DNA from: an uncultured Methanosarcinales archaeon
Lineage (GTDB): Archaea > Nanobdellota > Nanobdellia > Woesearchaeales > CAYSVS01
Direction: 5' to 3'
Length of the DNA: 64,000 nucleotides
Assembly: GCA_964589485.1 (NCBI GenBank)
Contig: CAZPRK010000004.1
Coordinates: 20,611-84,610, forward strand
In this document: in pieces, positions 8,537 through 18,316 of the stretch
How the letters are laid out: every line of letters begins with the position of its first letter
Position numbering within the stretch: the first letter of the stretch is position 1
The notes under the pieces: model-generated
The model's database searches: none
What the model was told of the DNA's origin: nothing
What the model saw: only the letters and a program-made list of their open reading frames with translations
Position numbers and translations under genes: made by a program

Positions 8537-9804
8537 AAATTAAATTTTTTGGTGCAGCCAAGGAAGTTGGAAGAAGCTGTGTTGTTATTGAATCAAATAA
8601 TGAAAAATATATGCTAGATTGTGGCCTTAAATTTGGAAAGTATGGAAATGAATATCCTCTTAAATTTGATGTTACTAAAATAGATGCTACTTTTATTAGT
8701 CATGCTCATTTAGATCACACTGGGGCCTTGCCTTTATTTAATAGCCAAGGTTTAAATTGTCCTATTTTTACAACAGCAGAAACAAAAGAAATTACAAGAA
8801 TTCTGTTAAAAGATTCATTACATATTGAAATGTTAAATGGAACATATCCGCATTATGATGAAGAACATATTTATCATGTGTTGGGTGCAATGAGAAGAGT
8901 AAATTATAAAGAAACTTCTTCTTTTAGTAATATAGAATATACTTTTTATGATGCGGGACATATTCCAGGAAGTGCTTCAATATTATTAACAGTTGAAGGA
9001 AAAAATATTTTATACACTGGTGATATTCAAACTAATGAGAGTGAATTATTACCTCCTGCTGATACAAATTATGATAAAAAAGTTGATATTCTTATTTGTG
9101 AATCTACATATGGAATTAGAGAACATGTTCCTAGACAAAATGAAGAAAGTAAATTTATTAAAGAAATTGAGAATGCATTATTAGATGGAGGTTCAGCAAT
9201 TATTCCAGCTTTTGGAGTAGGAAGAGCACAAGAAATAATATTATTACTTGATAAATTAAACATTAAAGTTCCAATTTATTTAGACGGTATGGCTAAAAAG
9301 GTTACAAATTTATTTCTTCAAAAGCCACAATTTTTGAAAGATGCAAATCATTTAAAAAAAGTACTTAGAAAAATAAAATATGTTCAAGGAAAGCATATGA
9401 GAGAGAGGTTAATTAGAGAAAATAGTGTTATTATTTCAACTTCAGGAATGGTTACAGGTGGACCAGTGATGTTTTATTTGGATAAATTTAAGAACGATAA
9501 AAAAACTGTAATTTTACTTACTGGTTACCAAGCTGAGGGAACAAATGGACGTACATTACTTTCAAAAGGAATGGTTAAAATAGACGATAAACCTACAAAA
9601 ATTAAATGTAAAGTAAGACAATTTGATTTTTCTGCTCATTCTGGGCTAAAAGGTTTGAAAAATTTAATATTAAAAATTAATCCCAAAGTTCTTTTATTAA
9701 ATCATGGAGATCAAACTTCAGAAGATAATTTAGAAGGTTGGGCAAGGAATAAAAATTTTGAAGTACATAGTTTAGCTTTAGGTGAATGTTACGATGGGCA
9801 TTAG
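8533..9804 (+). CDS. MBL-fold beta-CASP nuclease without KH domains (aCPSF2-like)
   Basis: GAAKEVGRS, SHAHLDH, AGHIPGS, YTGD, ESTYG, FSAH, LNHG. Confidence 0.92.
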   Translation: MKIKFFGAAKEVGRSCVVIESNNEKYMLDCGLKFGKYGNEYPLKFDVTKIDATFISHAHLDHTGALPLFNSQGLNCPIFTTAETKEITRILLKDSLHIEMLNGTYPHYDEEHIYHVLGAMRRVNYKETSSFSNIEYTFYDAGHIPGSASILLTVEGKNILYTGDIQTNESELLPPADTNYDKKVDILICESTYGIREHVPRQNEESKFIKEIENALLDGGSAIIPAFGVGRAQEIILLLDKLNIKVPIYLDGMAKKVTNLFLQKPQFLKDANHLKKVLRKIKYVQGKHMRERLIRENSVIISTSGMVTGGPVMFYLDKFKNDKKTVILLTGYQAEGTNGRTLLSKGMVKIDDKPTKIKCKVRQFDFSAHSGLKGLKNLILKINPKVLLLNHGDQTSEDNLEGWARNKNFEVHSLALGECYDGH

Positions 9805-10033
9805 CGAAGCAATTAATATATTTGAACAGAGGAAAGTAAGAATGAGTCAATTACTTTCACAAAATAGTTTTTCTCCAGAAAGGAGACATAGGATAGAAGG
9901 AGCTGTAGAAGAAATTGATGTTTTTATAAATACGTTAAGAAGTTTACAAATTCGTAATTCTGGACTTGATAATTTAATTCCAGAGGAAGAACCTTCATTT
10001 TTAGATAAGATTAGTTCTAGGTTTAAGGGTTGA
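9794..10033 (+). CDS. small helical protein with amphipathic C-terminal tail
   Basis: GGTGA RBS at 9781; ends SFLDKISSRFKG; overlaps the nuclease stop. Confidence 0.65.
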   Translation: MGISEAINIFEQRKVRMSQLLSQNSFSPERRHRIEGAVEEIDVFINTLRSLQIRNSGLDNLIPEEEPSFLDKISSRFKG

Positions 10034-10041
10034 TTATTTTG

Positions 10042-10881
10042 ATGGGACATGATGTCATAAAAAAGCATGTTAAAAATAGATTAAATAAAGGTCATGATAT
10101 TGTAGATATAAAAAAAGATTTAGTATCAAAAGGTATTCCGGAAAGTCATGTACATAATGCAATCGATAACGCATACGGTGAAATAAAAAAATCGCAAAAA
10201 TTTCATAAAGAGACTCATAAATTATTTTATCCTTCTAAATCAAAAATTATTTTTCCATCACTTCTATTAGTTTTTTTATTAATTAACATATTTACTAATT
10301 TTACTATTATTCCAAATATTTCTAATAATTTATGTGATAGTGTTAATTTAATTAATGAATTAGATACTTTGATTAAAAATAAAGATTCTATCGAAAAAGT
10401 TAGTGAAGTTGAAAGTAAATTAATAAAAAAAGAATTATCTATAATTGATGATTTTAAGAAATATACAGTTTCTAATTTACCTTTGATTTTTTCTGAAATA
10501 TATTGGTTAAATCCATTTTATCCTACTTCATGTGAAGCAAGGGGTATGTTTAAAACTTATGCATGTAGGTATTACATTTCTCCGGAAAATTATAGATGTT
10601 TAAAAGATGATGTACAAAAAACTAAATTATCTACTTTTTTTAAGGGAAAAACTCCAGATTATAATAAAGTACAAAATTTAGAAATTATAGTTCATACTTT
10701 ATTTATTTTATTTGTAGCTTATATACTTAATTGTATGGTTGTTTTTGCTTATAAAAAGCATAGACATAATTACTCTTTAAAAACAATTGAATTATTTGAA
10801 TTTTCATTTGCATTAATAGCTATTTTGCTTCTTTCATTAGCTGTATATTTATATTTTAACATTGTAGGTGGAGTATTATGA
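10042..10881 (+). CDS. three-TM membrane protein with Cys-containing external loop
   Basis: N-terminal helical motif (KNRLNKGHDIVDIKKDLVSKG), three hydrophobic segments. Confidence 0.7.
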   Translation: MGHDVIKKHVKNRLNKGHDIVDIKKDLVSKGIPESHVHNAIDNAYGEIKKSQKFHKETHKLFYPSKSKIIFPSLLLVFLLINIFTNFTIIPNISNNLCDSVNLINELDTLIKNKDSIEKVSEVESKLIKKELSIIDDFKKYTVSNLPLIFSEIYWLNPFYPTSCEARGMFKTYACRYYISPENYRCLKDDVQKTKLSTFFKGKTPDYNKVQNLEIIVHTLFILFVAYILNCMVVFAYKKHRHNYSLKTIELFEFSFALIAILLLSLAVYLYFNIVGGVL

Positions 10882-11546
10882 TAAGTTTTTATGCGGCTTT
10901 TATTGCGGGTCTAATATCTTTTTTAAGTCCTTGTGTATTGCCTCTAGTTCCTGGTTTTTTAGCATATTTAGCAGGAAGTGAAACTAATTCTAGAACCAAA
11001 TATTTTTTGAATAGTGTTTTTTTTGTTTTAGGGTTTAGTGTAATTTTTGCAATTATTGGTGTATTGCTAAATGGAATATTCAAAAATATATCAATTACTG
11101 TACAAATGTGGCTAAATTGGATAGGTGGTATAATTATAATAATATTTGGATTGCATTTATTAGGTTTAATTAAAGTTTCATTTTTAGAAAAAGAACATAA
11201 AGTTAAAGTTAAATTAAAAAGATCTTATATTACTTCATTTTTATTTGGTGGGGCGTTTGCAGTAGGTTGGACTCCATGTGTTGGTGCCGTCTTGGGGAGC
11301 GTTTTAATTTTAGCTGCAACACAACCAGGGCAAAGTCTTGCATTGTTATTAACATATTCCTTAGGGTTAGGCCTTCCATTTTTGTTTGTCGGGTTATTTT
11401 CAGGTCAAGCAATTAATTTAATCAATAGATCTAAATCATTTTTGAAGTATTTTAATATTTTTGTTGGAATATTATTAATAATATTAGGAGTATTAGTTTT
11501 TACAAATAACTTAATACTTGTCGCAAACTTTGGATGGTTTTTATGA
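10878..11546 (+). CDS. ccdA: cytochrome c biogenesis CcdA/DsbD-family membrane protein
   Basis: SFLSPCVLPLVP and GWTPCVG motifs. Confidence 0.93.
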   Translation: MISFYAAFIAGLISFLSPCVLPLVPGFLAYLAGSETNSRTKYFLNSVFFVLGFSVIFAIIGVLLNGIFKNISITVQMWLNWIGGIIIIIFGLHLLGLIKVSFLEKEHKVKVKLKRSYITSFLFGGAFAVGWTPCVGAVLGSVLILAATQPGQSLALLLTYSLGLGLPFLFVGLFSGQAINLINRSKSFLKYFNIFVGILLIILGVLVFTNNLILVANFGWFL

Positions 11547-12595
11547 TTAAAGTAAACAAACCTTTAGTGTTAATTGTTGTATTAATAATTATTCTAGGAT
11601 TTATTGCATATTTAACGCCACAAAGTCCACGTGAAATTGATATTCCTTCGGACGATTTAAGAATAACATTGAAACAAAATAAATATAAAAAAGCTTTTGA
11701 ATTATTAACACCAGATGGTTATATTAACACTAAAAATATTAACCTTACTTCAATTGTTGGTAAGAAAGTTATATTAATTGATTTTTGGACTTATAGTTGC
11801 ATTAATTGTCAAAGAACTTTTCCATACTTGAAAGATTGGCATTCTAAATATAAAGATCAAGGTTTACAAGTAGTAGGAATACATACTCCTGAATTTAAAT
11901 TTGAACGTGAATATGAAAATGTTGTAGATGCGGTAAAAAGATTTGGTTTAGAATATCCTGTCATTATGGACAATGGTTATCAAAATTGGAAAGCGTTCGG
12001 AAATAGATATTGGCCAAGAAAATATTTAATAGATATTGATGGGTTTATTGTATATGACGTTATAGGTGAAGGAAAGTATTTTGAAACAGAACAAAAAATA
12101 AAAGATTTACTTTTTGAAAGATCTAAAGTTTTGGAAATGAATGTAGAAATAGATAACACTATAACTAGAACAGATAGTGTTAAACCAAATTTAATTACAA
12201 CTCCTGAAGTATACTTTGGTTCATATTTCGCAAGAGGAAATACCTTTGGTAATATTGAAGGGTTACATGAAGGAAAGATTATAGATTATTCTTTACCTAA
12301 AATTGAAAAAGATAAAGCTTATGTTTCTGGCACATGGTATAATGATCGTGATTACTTACAATTAGCTTCAGATACTGGAAAGGTTGTATTAAATTTTAAT
12401 GCAAAAAATGTAAATGTTGTTGCAGAAGGGAACTCCACAGGTGATTTGTATTTAGATGGGGAATTCATAAGTAATGTTGAATTTAATGAACCTAAATTAT
12501 ATGAATTAATTATGATAGAAAATTCAGGAAATCATATTCTTGAAATTAAAGTAAAAGGCCCAGGATTTAGAATATATAGTTTTACGTTTGGTTAG
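11543..12595 (+). CDS. membrane-anchored thioredoxin-like protein with DipZ-type C-terminal domain
   Basis: DFWTYSCINC, GIHTPEF, NRYWP, TPEVYFG, YSFTFG; ATGA-coupled to ccdA. Confidence 0.9.
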   Translation: MIKVNKPLVLIVVLIIILGFIAYLTPQSPREIDIPSDDLRITLKQNKYKKAFELLTPDGYINTKNINLTSIVGKKVILIDFWTYSCINCQRTFPYLKDWHSKYKDQGLQVVGIHTPEFKFEREYENVVDAVKRFGLEYPVIMDNGYQNWKAFGNRYWPRKYLIDIDGFIVYDVIGEGKYFETEQKIKDLLFERSKVLEMNVEIDNTITRTDSVKPNLITTPEVYFGSYFARGNTFGNIEGLHEGKIIDYSLPKIEKDKAYVSGTWYNDRDYLQLASDTGKVVLNFNAKNVNVVAEGNSTGDLYLDGEFISNVEFNEPKLYELIMIENSGNHILEIKVKGPGFRIYSFTFG

Positions 12596-12625
12596 GTTTA
12601 TAAGTTTTCTTTCTAGTTTAACTTT

Positions 12626-13168
12626 ATGGATAGATATGAAGAAGAGTTAAATGAAAAAGGATTTGTTATAGTTGAAGGTGTTGATGTAACTCTATTAGAA
12701 AGATTATATCATAGATTAGAAGTAGATTTAACTAGGGAAATGGCAATTAGTCATTTAGGAAAAATAGAAGGTAGATTTGTAGAAGGTACTTTTTTTTTGT
12801 CTTTACAGGTTTATGATAGTCATAAAAAAAATGATTATTACCCTGAACTTTTTGATTCAATATTTTTATTTAAAGATTCTTTAAATTTAATGCCTTTATA
12901 CCAAGGTATAAAAATTATGCAATTTCGTAGATATTTTGAAACTGATAATTCAGATTTGGTACTTATTCATCAAGATAAGGATCAGCATTTTATTGCTTTT
13001 AAACCTATTGGAGAATCGTTAGAGTTATTAGTTGATGAAAAAATTCAACCTATTAATCTTAAACAAGATCAAGCACTTCATTATGATGGTAGTATACCCC
13101 ATGGTGTGAGAAATTTAAATCCTAACAAAGAAAGATATTCTATTACTTTCAGTATGATGAGAAGTTAA
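12626..13168 (+). CDS. 2OG-Fe(II) oxygenase superfamily protein
   Basis: HQD...IPHGV...ERYSITF (HxD...H...RxS). Confidence 0.7.
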   Translation: MDRYEEELNEKGFVIVEGVDVTLLERLYHRLEVDLTREMAISHLGKIEGRFVEGTFFLSLQVYDSHKKNDYYPELFDSIFLFKDSLNLMPLYQGIKIMQFRRYFETDNSDLVLIHQDKDQHFIAFKPIGESLELLVDEKIQPINLKQDQALHYDGSIPHGVRNLNPNKERYSITFSMMRS

Positions 13169-13199
13169 TTTTATAAACATTTAGCTAGTCTTTCCCATA

Positions 13200-14858
13200 A
13201 TGAAAGAGTATATTCAAGAATTAGTAAACACAATAATAGAACAAAATTTAGATAAAGATCAAATTGCTAAATTGAAGCTTAAACTTTGTATTAAACATAA
13301 AATAAAGAAAGCTCCAACTGATATTGAAGTATTGCTTAATGTGAATGAAACTTTACTTCCAAAACTTAAAATATTACAATCTAAACCAACTAGAAGTATT
13401 TCTGGAGTAAGCCCAATTGCAGTAATGACTGAACCAAGCAATTGTCCTCATGGAAAATGTATATTTTGTCCTGGTGGTTTAGATAGTTTTTATGGAGATG
13501 TTCCTCAAAGTTATACCGGGAAAGAACCTGCAACAATGAGAGGGATCAGGAATGATTATAATTCTTATTTACAATCTTTTAATAGGTTACAACAATATGC
13601 ATTATTGGGACATAATTTTGATAAAATAGAATTAATTATAATGGGTGGGACATTTCCAGCAACTCCTAAAGAATACCAAGATTCATTTATTTTAGGTTGT
13701 TTCCAGGCAATGAATGACTTTAGTGATTTATTTTTTGATGATTCTGTTTTTAACATTAAAAAATTCAAAGAATTTTTTGAACTTCCATCCGATATAAATG
13801 ATAAAGAAAGAGAAAAAAGATTAAAAACTAAAATACTTTCTCAAAGAAAAGATTCAGATTTAGTAAGTGAACAAAATAAAAATGAGACTTCTAATATTAG
13901 ATGTATTGCATTATGTATTGAAACTAAACCAGATTGGGCAATGGAAGAACATATAGAACAAATGTTAAAATTAGGTTGTACTAGAGTTGAATTGGGTGTT
14001 CAAAGTACATATGAAGAAGACTTAAAAAAACTAAATAGGGGACATACTGTAGAAGAATCAATAAAATCTATAGAATTGATGAAAAAAGCTTTACTTAAAG
14101 TAGGGTTTCATATGATGCCTGGTTTGCCAAAAAGTACAAAAGAAAAAGATGTTCAAATGTTTAAAGAAATATTTGAGAATCCTGTATATAAACCTGATGC
14201 ATTGAAAATTTATCCGTGTATGGTTATGCCCGGAACTCCTTTATTTAATATATATGAGGCAGGAAAATTTACTCCTATTTCAACAAAGGAAGCAGCAGAA
14301 TTAATTGCAGAAATTAAACCGTTTGTTCCAAAATATTGTAGAATAATGAGAGTTCAAAGAGACATTCCTACATTCCAAACATCTGCAGGGGTAGATAAAA
14401 CTAATCTTAGACAATATGTTGCAGATGTAGTTAAAAAAAATAAAATAATTTGTAACTGTATTAGATGTAGAGAACCAAGAAAAAGAAAAATTAATTGGGA
14501 TAATGTTAAAACAAATGTAATGGAATTTGAAGCAAGTAAAGGAAAAGAATATTTTATTAGTTTTGATGATAATGATATTTTATTAGGTTATTGTAGATTA
14601 AGAATAGATGATAATGTTGCCGGTATAAGAGAATTACATGTTTTTGGAGAAGCTGTAGCTATCGGAGAACAAGGAAATGTTCAACATAAGGGCTTAGGTA
14701 AACAATTATTATTAGAAGCAGAAAAAATATCTGTAGATAATAATTGTATTAAAATAAAAATCATTTCTGGAATAGGTGTAAGAGAATATTATAGAAAATT
14801 AGAGTATGAATTAGAAGGATATTATATGGTTAAAAATCTTTTTAAGCAAGGAATATAA
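13200..14858 (+). CDS. elp3: tRNA uridine(34) acetyltransferase Elp3 (radical SAM plus GNAT)
   Basis: CPHGKCIFCPGG, PQSYTG, MGGTF, RVQRDIP, RELHV, QHKGLG. Confidence 0.96.
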   Translation: MKEYIQELVNTIIEQNLDKDQIAKLKLKLCIKHKIKKAPTDIEVLLNVNETLLPKLKILQSKPTRSISGVSPIAVMTEPSNCPHGKCIFCPGGLDSFYGDVPQSYTGKEPATMRGIRNDYNSYLQSFNRLQQYALLGHNFDKIELIIMGGTFPATPKEYQDSFILGCFQAMNDFSDLFFDDSVFNIKKFKEFFELPSDINDKEREKRLKTKILSQRKDSDLVSEQNKNETSNIRCIALCIETKPDWAMEEHIEQMLKLGCTRVELGVQSTYEEDLKKLNRGHTVEESIKSIELMKKALLKVGFHMMPGLPKSTKEKDVQMFKEIFENPVYKPDALKIYPCMVMPGTPLFNIYEAGKFTPISTKEAAELIAEIKPFVPKYCRIMRVQRDIPTFQTSAGVDKTNLRQYVADVVKKNKIICNCIRCREPRKRKINWDNVKTNVMEFEASKGKEYFISFDDNDILLGYCRLRIDDNVAGIRELHVFGEAVAIGEQGNVQHKGLGKQLLLEAEKISVDNNCIKIKIISGIGVREYYRKLEYELEGYYMVKNLFKQGI

Positions 14859-15772
14859 ATTTCTTTTTTTCCATCATTATAGTTAATGCTAAAATATTCT
14901 AAGTCAACTTCAGCATATGCTATTAATGTAGCTTCGACATTTAAATCTCTTCTTTCAAGTTGATTAATTTGAATATCAAATTCTTTTTTGATAGTTTCTC
15001 TTTTAGTTAAGTTTTTCTTAATCAGTTCTGTATGTTTCCTTTTTAATTCTTTAACTTTATAATTCCATTTATCTTTAGTTGAAAATTGAGATGCTAATAA
15101 TGCATTATCTCTTGCTTCTTGAATTTTATTTAGAATTACATTTTCTTTATTTTGTAATTCATTGTATAAATCCTCTGAATGTTGAGTTTGTATGTTTATT
15201 AATTCTTTCATATCTTTTTCATGTATTTTATCCGCTTCATCGAATTCTTTTACAAAATCTATTTTAATTTGATTTAAAGCAGGTTCTAAGTTTTTAACAA
15301 TATTTTTTTCATTGGTGGCTTCAAAATTACCTTCTTCAAAACCATTTATTTGTAAAGCTTTATTTTTTATAATTAGATATTGTGTTACAATTTTTTTCTT
15401 TTGGTTAGCAGTTGAAATATTTACATCAAACATAACAAATGAAGCCATATCTTTTTTTTCATCTATAGTAACTCCAGTTTTTGGTAATTTTTCATTAAGT
15501 TCCATTAAATCATCATTATTCTTAGGTAATTTTAGTTTAGCAATAACAAAATCTGAATTCCTACTAACCATTGAATCAAAAATATACTTTCCTGGTTCTA
15601 ATAATAATATTTTATCTGTTGCTTTATTTGGAATAAATGTACACATTAAAGTCTTTATATCATACCATTTTTGATGTTGTTTATCAAATTCAATTTTATA
15701 TACGCCGTTTTTTACTTTATACTCTAAATTATACTCCTTTAAGTAGGCTATTAAAAATCTCTCACTTATCAT
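14822..15772 (-). CDS. YqhG-like partner protein with C-terminal coiled coil
   Basis: Start ATG 15772 overlaps the helicase end; N-terminal FL..YL...TF...LLEPGKYIF pattern recalls Bacillus YqhG (by eye). Confidence 0.6.
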   Translation of the reverse strand: MISERFLIAYLKEYNLEYKVKNGVYKIEFDKQHQKWYDIKTLMCTFIPNKATDKILLLEPGKYIFDSMVSRNSDFVIAKLKLPKNNDDLMELNEKLPKTGVTIDEKKDMASFVMFDVNISTANQKKKIVTQYLIIKNKALQINGFEEGNFEATNEKNIVKNLEPALNQIKIDFVKEFDEADKIHEKDMKELINIQTQHSEDLYNELQNKENVILNKIQEARDNALLASQFSTKDKWNYKVKELKRKHTELIKKNLTKRETIKKEFDIQINQLERRDLNVEATLIAYAEVDLEYFSINYNDGKKEIYIPCLKRFLTI

Positions 15773-17504
15773 CGAAAATTCTCCTATCCAATTCTTTAAC
15801 TTTATCTGATTCAGTTTTGGCTTGTTCAAAATCATCAACAATTTCACTATCATCAAAAAATGAATCAAACACATTTTGTTCAACGCTTCCTTTTGATTTC
15901 AAATGACTTAAAATTAAATCCATTTCGCCTATAGATACTTCAAATAAATTTATTTTTTTGTAAAGTTTATCTAATATATAAGACTCAATTGTATTTTTTA
16001 TTGATATATTATGTATTTGAACATCATTTTTTTGTCCAATTCTATGAACTCTTCCAATTCTTTGTTCAATCCTCATAGGATTCCATGGCAAGTCATAATT
16101 AATTAGTATATGAGCAAATTGTAAATTTCTACCTTCTGATCCTGCATCAGTGCAAATAAGAACTTGTTTATCTTCTCTAAATTTGTTAATTGCAATTTCC
16201 TTTTCTTCAGGTGTCATTGTCCCGTTAAAATTAATACAAGAAATACCATTCATAGCTAATTCAACTTGAAGTTGTTTTTGAGTTTTAATAAAAGTTGTAA
16301 AAATTATAACTTTTTCTTTCTCTTTTTTTAGAAGTTTCATTAAACATTCTAATTTAGTATCTTTAGATATTCTTTTAGCACTTTCGATTAAAGCTTCTAT
16401 TTGAATTTTTTGTTTTTCATCTTCTAAAGTTTCTTTATACCTATTCATTGCAGAAATTCCAGTTTGTATTGAAGATGTGATTTGCCTTGTTAACATAATT
16501 AAACTAAATGTTAATAATCCTTTTTGTCTATATTTTATAGCCATTTCTGCAAGTTCTTGTTCGGTTAAGTTACCTGAATTTTCTACATCTTCATTTACTT
16601 CAGGTTTTTCTAAATTTTTAATTTCAAAATATTGTTTTTTAATAAAAGAAATAGCTTCATTATAAAATTTCATTTCTTCATCTGAAAAATCAAGAATGTG
16701 TGTATCAACATTTCTTTTTGCAAATTTAATTCCTGTGTCACTTCTTAAATTTCTAATCATAATATTAGATAACTTTGTTTGTAAAATTTCGTTATTTTTA
16801 ATTTTAAGGCCTTGTTCATCTTCAATATATTGTTCAGTAAATTTAGCTTTACTTCCTAGAAAACCAGGATGTAAAAGATCTATCAATGTCCATAATTCAA
16901 ATATATTGTTTTGTAATGGAGTTGCAGTTAACATTAAGAACCTATCTTTATGTAAATTTTTAACAAGTTTATAATTTTGAGTATTTTGATTTTTTAGTTT
17001 ATGAGCTTCATCAACTATAACTAAGTCCCAAGTCATTTTTTTTAATTCATCTAAATGTTTTTGAGTTTTAGCTGTATCTATTGATGCAATATTTAAATTA
17101 TTTTGAACATATTCATTTGCATTTTGAATAACATGAAAAGATTCATCAAATTTAGACCTTAATTCTTCTTGCCACTGAAATTTTAAAGTTGCAGGAACTA
17201 AAATTAATATTTTTTTTGCTAATTTTCTAGCTAAATATTCTTTTATTATAATACCTGCTTCAATAGTTTTTCCTAATCCTACTTCATCTGCCAATAATGC
17301 TCTATGTGAAAAATTATTTAATACATGTAATGCAGTTTTAGTTTGATGTTTAAGGATTTCAATCTTATGTTCATAACTACTTTGACCAAGTAATCTATCT
17401 ACTTGATCGTTTGCTTTCAATGAATGTGCAATAATGCTCATCTTGAATTTTTCCGGGCTGCATAGAGCTGTCCCTTCTGGTACTTTCTGTAAATTAATCT
17501 TCAT
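15762..17504 (-). CDS. SNF2-family helicase, RapA/YqhH-like
   Basis: LLADEVGLGKTIEAG, DEAH, TATPLQN, EGRNLQ, YDLPWNPMRIEQRIGRVHRIGQ. Confidence 0.93.
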   Translation of the reverse strand: MKINLQKVPEGTALCSPEKFKMSIIAHSLKANDQVDRLLGQSSYEHKIEILKHQTKTALHVLNNFSHRALLADEVGLGKTIEAGIIIKEYLARKLAKKILILVPATLKFQWQEELRSKFDESFHVIQNANEYVQNNLNIASIDTAKTQKHLDELKKMTWDLVIVDEAHKLKNQNTQNYKLVKNLHKDRFLMLTATPLQNNIFELWTLIDLLHPGFLGSKAKFTEQYIEDEQGLKIKNNEILQTKLSNIMIRNLRSDTGIKFAKRNVDTHILDFSDEEMKFYNEAISFIKKQYFEIKNLEKPEVNEDVENSGNLTEQELAEMAIKYRQKGLLTFSLIMLTRQITSSIQTGISAMNRYKETLEDEKQKIQIEALIESAKRISKDTKLECLMKLLKKEKEKVIIFTTFIKTQKQLQVELAMNGISCINFNGTMTPEEKEIAINKFREDKQVLICTDAGSEGRNLQFAHILINYDLPWNPMRIEQRIGRVHRIGQKNDVQIHNISIKNTIESYILDKLYKKINLFEVSIGEMDLILSHLKSKGSVEQNVFDSFFDDSEIVDDFEQAKTESDKVKELDRRIFDDK

Positions 17505-17533
17505 CTTAGAAATTATTTGTTACTAAGTTATGT

Positions 17534-18316
17534 TTATTTATAAATCTTCTTAATAACATAATATAATTCTTCACCTAATTCAAACATTTCGAAAACATAC
17601 CCTGTTCTTAAAATAACTTTTTCAAACCAATTTCTTCTTTTTAACTTCATTATTTTCTTTCCAGAAATACTTTTTAATGGAAAACTTACAATAATACATT
17701 TAGCATTAATGTTTTTAATTATTTCATAACTAATATTTTTTTTTATTGACTCCAAGCTATCTAATACTTTAAACAAAAAACAAATATCTACTTTATATTT
17801 TTTTAACTTTTCATAATCTTCCAATAAATTTAATTTTATTGCCTTTCCTTTAATTAAAAATGATTTAAAAAATTTATTTAAAAAATCCATTTCGTTTTGA
17901 TTAAAATCAGATACAATATATTTTGGTTTAATTTTCATATACTTATAACTAATTGGGTTTAATCCACAACCTAAATCTAAAATTGATTTAGGTTTAATAT
18001 AAGAAAATATTTTTTTATACAAGTTAGGGTAATGTATAAGTCTCTCTTTAGTTGACAAATGCGTTTTTAATAAAGTATCAATTTCTTTTTTTTCAAGCAA
18101 TTCTTCTCTTTTTTTAATATTCTTAGCTTGAAACATTCCATATACTTCATGAGATTTTTCTCTTACATATTTAATTAATAGTTTAACATCTTTATTTTTT
18201 TCTAAATTTAATTTAGGGTTAAGTTTAATATATTTTTCAATATATTTCAAAACATATTCATCATCAAGGTACATTAATTCCTTTTTCTTTTTTATTATAT
18301 CAATTAGTTTTTGCAT
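17534..18316 (-). CDS. ArmA/Rmt/FmrO-family 16S rRNA (guanine-N7) methyltransferase homolog
   Basis: HLSTKERL, ILDLGCGLNP, FLFKVL, VSFPLKSISG, EELYY motifs. Confidence 0.82.
   Translation of the reverse strand: MQKLIDIIKKKKELMYLDDEYVLKYIEKYIKLNPKLNLEKNKDVKLLIKYVREKSHEVYGMFQAKNIKKREELLEKKEIDTLLKTHLSTKERLIHYPNLYKKIFSYIKPKSILDLGCGLNPISYKYMKIKPKYIVSDFNQNEMDFLNKFFKSFLIKGKAIKLNLLEDYEKLKKYKVDICFLFKVLDSLESIKKNISYEIIKNINAKCIIVSFPLKSISGKKIMKLKRRNWFEKVILRTGYVFEMFELGEELYYVIKKIYK

Noticed and set aside
14822..18316. SNF2 helicase plus methyltransferase as DISARM, BREX or restriction-modification
   Set aside because: The methyltransferase has rRNA m7G (Rmt) motifs and lacks DPPY/NPPY or PC motifs; other system genes are absent
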